This document shows, in pieces, positions 8,153 through 11,083 of a DNA stretch of 11,083 nt. Position numbers and translations under genes: made by a program. The stretch spans positions 1 through 11,083 of the forward strand of contig RDOE01000095.1 in the NCBI GenBank assembly GCA_011364975.1, read 5' to 3'. The notes below the pieces were generated by a model that had not been told where the DNA came from, searched no databases, and saw only the letters and a list, made by a program, of their open reading frames with translations. The DNA is from Promethearchaeota archaeon. GTDB taxonomy: Archaea > Asgardarchaeota > Lokiarchaeia > Sigyniarchaeales > SOKP01. Each line of letters begins with the position of its first letter. Position 1 is the stretch's first letter.

Positions 8153-8259
8153 AAGTTAAATCATATTTTCTTAAAAATAAGTTTGATCTTTTTACAATCT
8201 AAAGCTTAAGAATTCCAAAGAAAACTTAAGGTTAGATAATAAAAGCTAATTCCTAATTA

Positions 8260-9087
8260 TTATATTCTATCAAGAACTTCTACTTCTTCCTTGGTTAACA
8301 TAATCTCTGCTGCTTTGGCATTAGATTCAACATGCTCAACTTTAAAGGCTTTGGGAATTGTAATTACATTTTCATGATTAATTAACCATGCAATTGCTAT
8401 TTGTTGTATCGCAGCATTATGATTTTTAGCAACTTTTTGTAATTTTTCTATTAGGTCGTCCTTTTTTAAAGAATTGAATCCACGATGCCCTAAAGGGCTA
8501 TATGCTGTTAAAATAACATTATTTTCGCAATAATATGGTAAGGAATTATGAATATGATCTTGTTTTGAAATATTAGCTAATAACTGATTCGTGACAAGTT
8601 TTGTTTCTTTTAAATATTGTTGAGCTTCTTTAAATTGTTTTACTGAAAAGTTGCTAACCCCTATATATCTTGTTTTTCCCTCACCAACTAAGTCTTCCAT
8701 TACATTCATTTGTTTTTTAATTGATATAAAAGGAGAAGGCCAATGAATAAGATAAAGGTCAAAATACTCAATACCTAAACGTGTTAAGCTCTTATTTGCA
8801 GCCTTTTTCATAGAATTATAGCTCAAATGCATTGGAAAGAGTTTGCTTGTTATGAATAATTCGTCTCGATTATATTCAGATATTATTTCTCCAACAACTT
8901 TTTCAGAAGTACCATGTCCATAAAACTCAGCAGTATCAATATGTGTCATACCTAACTCAATCCCCCTTCTTAAAGATTTCTTCCAGTTCTCATAGTATTC
9001 TCTTCCTTTAAAACTTTTAATACCCCATGTTCCTTGTCCTATTATTGGAATCATTTCTCCAGTTTTTCCTAATTCGATTTTCTTCAT
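8260..9087 (-). CDS. Aldo/keto reductase
   Basis: GQGTW, catalytic tetrad residues in IDTAEFYG (D, Y), ITSK (K) and YLIHWP (H), plus IGVSNF, AYSPL and IPK. Confidence 0.95.
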   Translation of the reverse strand: MKKIELGKTGEMIPIIGQGTWGIKSFKGREYYENWKKSLRRGIELGMTHIDTAEFYGHGTSEKVVGEIISEYNRDELFITSKLFPMHLSYNSMKKAANKSLTRLGIEYFDLYLIHWPSPFISIKKQMNVMEDLVGEGKTRYIGVSNFSVKQFKEAQQYLKETKLVTNQLLANISKQDHIHNSLPYYCENNVILTAYSPLGHRGFNSLKKDDLIEKLQKVAKNHNAAIQQIAIAWLINHENVITIPKAFKVEHVESNAKAAEIMLTKEEVEVLDRI

Positions 9088-9255
9088 AAGATATTTCTCG
9101 TTTTTTTAATTAAAATATATGAATTTAAGCCTAAATTTCTACTACTTCTAAATTAACATAATTTAGCTTCATATTCTTTAATTCATTATTTCTTTTGGGG
9201 ATTCACCTTATAGAATATAAGGAAGTCCATTAAACCGAATAAATAAGCCTATTTG

Positions 9256-9789
9256 TTATATCAAAATCTTTCTAATCTTATCAAATATCTCCTGTTGATT
9301 TTCTCGATTAAGGACGAAGTAATGTATATTTGGGAGCTCTTTTAATAAATACTTTATTGGATGGTTTAATCGCTGACCTATTGTAGCTATAACATTCGAT
9401 TGTGAGAAAAATATTTTTTTTACAAATTCTTCAAATTTGCTCGAGAAAAGTTCCATTTTTCCTATTTCGTCAATAATGAATACTATGGAGGGATCTTCAA
9501 TGACAAAATTTAGTTTTGAGAGATAATCCTCTATGTTCCCTATGAATATGCAATACTTTCCTAACTTTTTGGTTGAAGCGTGATTTCCTACCCTTGCTAA
9601 AGGAAATCTATTGCCGCTGTTTAAATCTTCAATATCAAATCCTATGCGTTTATTACAATCTCTCACTTCTGGAGTAAAGAAACCTTGAATGTTAAAGATT
9701 CGAACCCTATTTAGATATTCTATTATTCTCTTTACCAAAGTCGACTTGCCACATCCGGGAGTACCAGTTATTAATATTTTATGAGTCAT
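9256..9789 (-). CDS. Nucleoside-triphosphatase, NTPase_1/THEP1 family
   Basis: Walker A ITGTPGCGKST, family motif GFFTPEVR...RIGF, GKY, and Walker B IIDEIGKMEL. Confidence 0.93.
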   Translation of the reverse strand: MTHKILITGTPGCGKSTLVKRIIEYLNRVRIFNIQGFFTPEVRDCNKRIGFDIEDLNSGNRFPLARVGNHASTKKLGKYCIFIGNIEDYLSKLNFVIEDPSIVFIIDEIGKMELFSSKFEEFVKKIFFSQSNVIATIGQRLNHPIKYLLKELPNIHYFVLNRENQQEIFDKIRKILI

Positions 9790-9900
9790 GAGTCAATAGC
9801 AAATTGTTAAATAAAATAACGTCAGATTTTTATAAAATTTTTTATAGCTTAAAGATCTTTGGAGTATCGTCATGCTGAAATTGAGAAAAATTAAGATAAA

Positions 9901-10033
9901 GTTAACAATGATTCACATTTTCAAATTTAAATATACCAAAGTGTAAATAATACTTCAATTTTTGTTAACAAGCTTCAATCAATAAAAAAATTTACATAAA
10001 ATCAGAGATTTGTTAGCGTATTTGTGTTAACAA
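9901..10033. promoter_or_regulatory. Three GTTAACAA palindromic-core sites in a divergent promoter region (candidate transcription-factor operators)
   Basis: GTTAACAA starts at 9901, 9964 and 10026 (spacing 63 and 62 bp). The middle site is the perfect palindrome TTGTTAACAA (9962-9971) and the third is TGTTAACA (10025-10032). Confidence 0.45.
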
Positions 10034-10245
10034 ACCATATCTGAAATTTCCTTTTTTTCACGGGAGAAAAAAGCATATAAGACAAAATATATATAGGGTC
10101 TAAGAACATAATTTCATAATTTAATTGCATGTTAATAAATCCAATTGGATTAATGCATTACACATTAGTGTAATATAACTGAATTATTAAAAATAATGTG
10201 TTGTAGAAATATATTTAATTAAAATGATTAGGATTGATCTTTATT

Positions 10246-11083
10246 ATGTTAAATAGAAAATGTTCGGTAAAAGTTTATGAGTTTCTTATTTGTGTGATAA
10301 TACTCAACTGTTTTGCTTCAAGTATGATTTATAATAATATTTTGCAATTTAATCAAAATGATAGTGTAGGAAAAAATATCAATCCTAAATCCGCCGATGC
10401 TCCTATTATTATCATTAATTCACCTATTAGTTATTCTCTATTTGGAAACGTCTCACCAAACTACTCTATAAACATTTCTGGAGAATTACTTAATTATACC
10501 TGGTACGAGTTTGTAGAAGCTGGCGAAAAATCAGATATAATGGCTTTAGATGGGGTTTCCACTAAAGACGTAAATGAAACCTTTGCTCAAGAATTATGGG
10601 ATAATTTAAGTAATGGGACTTTTACAATTAGATTCTTCGCAAACAACTCTTTAGGGGAAATAGGTTATAGTGATATCATACTAAAGATTGATCTTTTTGA
10701 TCCCGATCTTGAAATTATATCCCCAATAGGAGGTTTTTTCAATTCAACCCCCCCTGACTTTATAATTGAGATATCAGAACCTCATTTGAATAAAACTTGG
10801 TATACATTAAATACCAATACTACCAAGCACTTTTTCCAAAATAATGGAACTATAAACACCAATGCTTGGATTTTTGAAGCTGATGGATTTGTTGATATAA
10901 ATTTTTATGCAAATGATTCTGTTGGGAATGAGGAATCTAAATCAACACAAGTTTCCAAAGACACGGTAAACCCAGTAGTCTCAATAACATTGCCTCTCAC
11001 AGGAGTGTATGATGATGCTCCGGGGTATGATATTTCCATTACGGAAGTGAATTTAAACCAATATTGGTATACCCTCAATGGCG
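10246..11083 (+). CDS. Secreted / cell-surface glycoprotein with tandem Ig-like repeats (3'-partial), not in ORF track
   Basis: ATG at 10246, open to the window end (279 codons). Signal-peptide-like start MLNRKCSVKVYEFLICVIILNCFASS, then roughly 90-100-aa repeats with consensus P-x-I-x-I-x-SP...P-x-Y/F-x-I-x-I...LN-x-xWY...W...G...I-x-F-F/Y-AN-x-S-x-G. About 14 N-x-S/T sequons. Confidence 0.9.
   Translation, partial: MLNRKCSVKVYEFLICVIILNCFASSMIYNNILQFNQNDSVGKNINPKSADAPIIIINSPISYSLFGNVSPNYSINISGELLNYTWYEFVEAGEKSDIMALDGVSTKDVNETFAQELWDNLSNGTFTIRFFANNSLGEIGYSDIILKIDLFDPDLEIISPIGGFFNSTPPDFIIEISEPHLNKTWYTLNTNTTKHFFQNNGTINTNAWIFEADGFVDINFYANDSVGNEESKSTQVSKDTVNPVVSITLPLTGVYDDAPGYDISITEVNLNQYWYTLNG

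Noticed and set aside
9781-9795. ATGAGTC tandem repeat at the NTPase start codon
   Set aside because: Only 2 x 7 bp, with no effect on the frame; likely chance or a trivial slippage.
9872-9946. 24-aa basic ORF MLKLRKIKIKLTMIHIFKFKYTKV with upstream GGAG
   Set aside because: Composition is what AT-rich intergenic DNA gives by chance; no independent support.
9790-10245. Replication origin in the long AT-rich intergenic region
   Set aside because: No ORB-like repeats with G-strings and no adjacent orc1/cdc6 gene.

Overview
AT-rich archaeal chromosomal DNA. Gene content and protein style suggest an Asgard (Lokiarchaeia-like) genome; this is an inference. On the + strand: a 5'-truncated DHA1-type MFS transporter, a Pol-beta-superfamily nucleotidyltransferase, a GNAT acetyltransferase, a complete archaeal type A RNase P RNA gene (rnpB, 2983-3342, absent from the ORF track) and a membrane protein. 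On the - strand: an FKBP/SlyD-type PPIase, a coiled-coil protein, a DUF1326-like gene interrupted by a diverged 27-bp tandem duplication carrying a TAA, an unlisted 38-aa rubredoxin-like microprotein, an L-fucose/L-arabinose-isomerase-family gene interrupted by one in-frame TGA, an aldo/keto reductase and an NTPase_1 (THEP1-like) protein. A 456-bp divergent intergenic region with regularly spaced GTTAAC palindromes precedes a 3'-truncated secreted Ig-like-repeat glycoprotein. The most unusual observation is a ~30-nt hairpin-containing insertion between the 3' strands of P4 and P1 of the RNase P RNA, a junction normally only a few nucleotides long. No mobile element, CRISPR array or defence system is evident.
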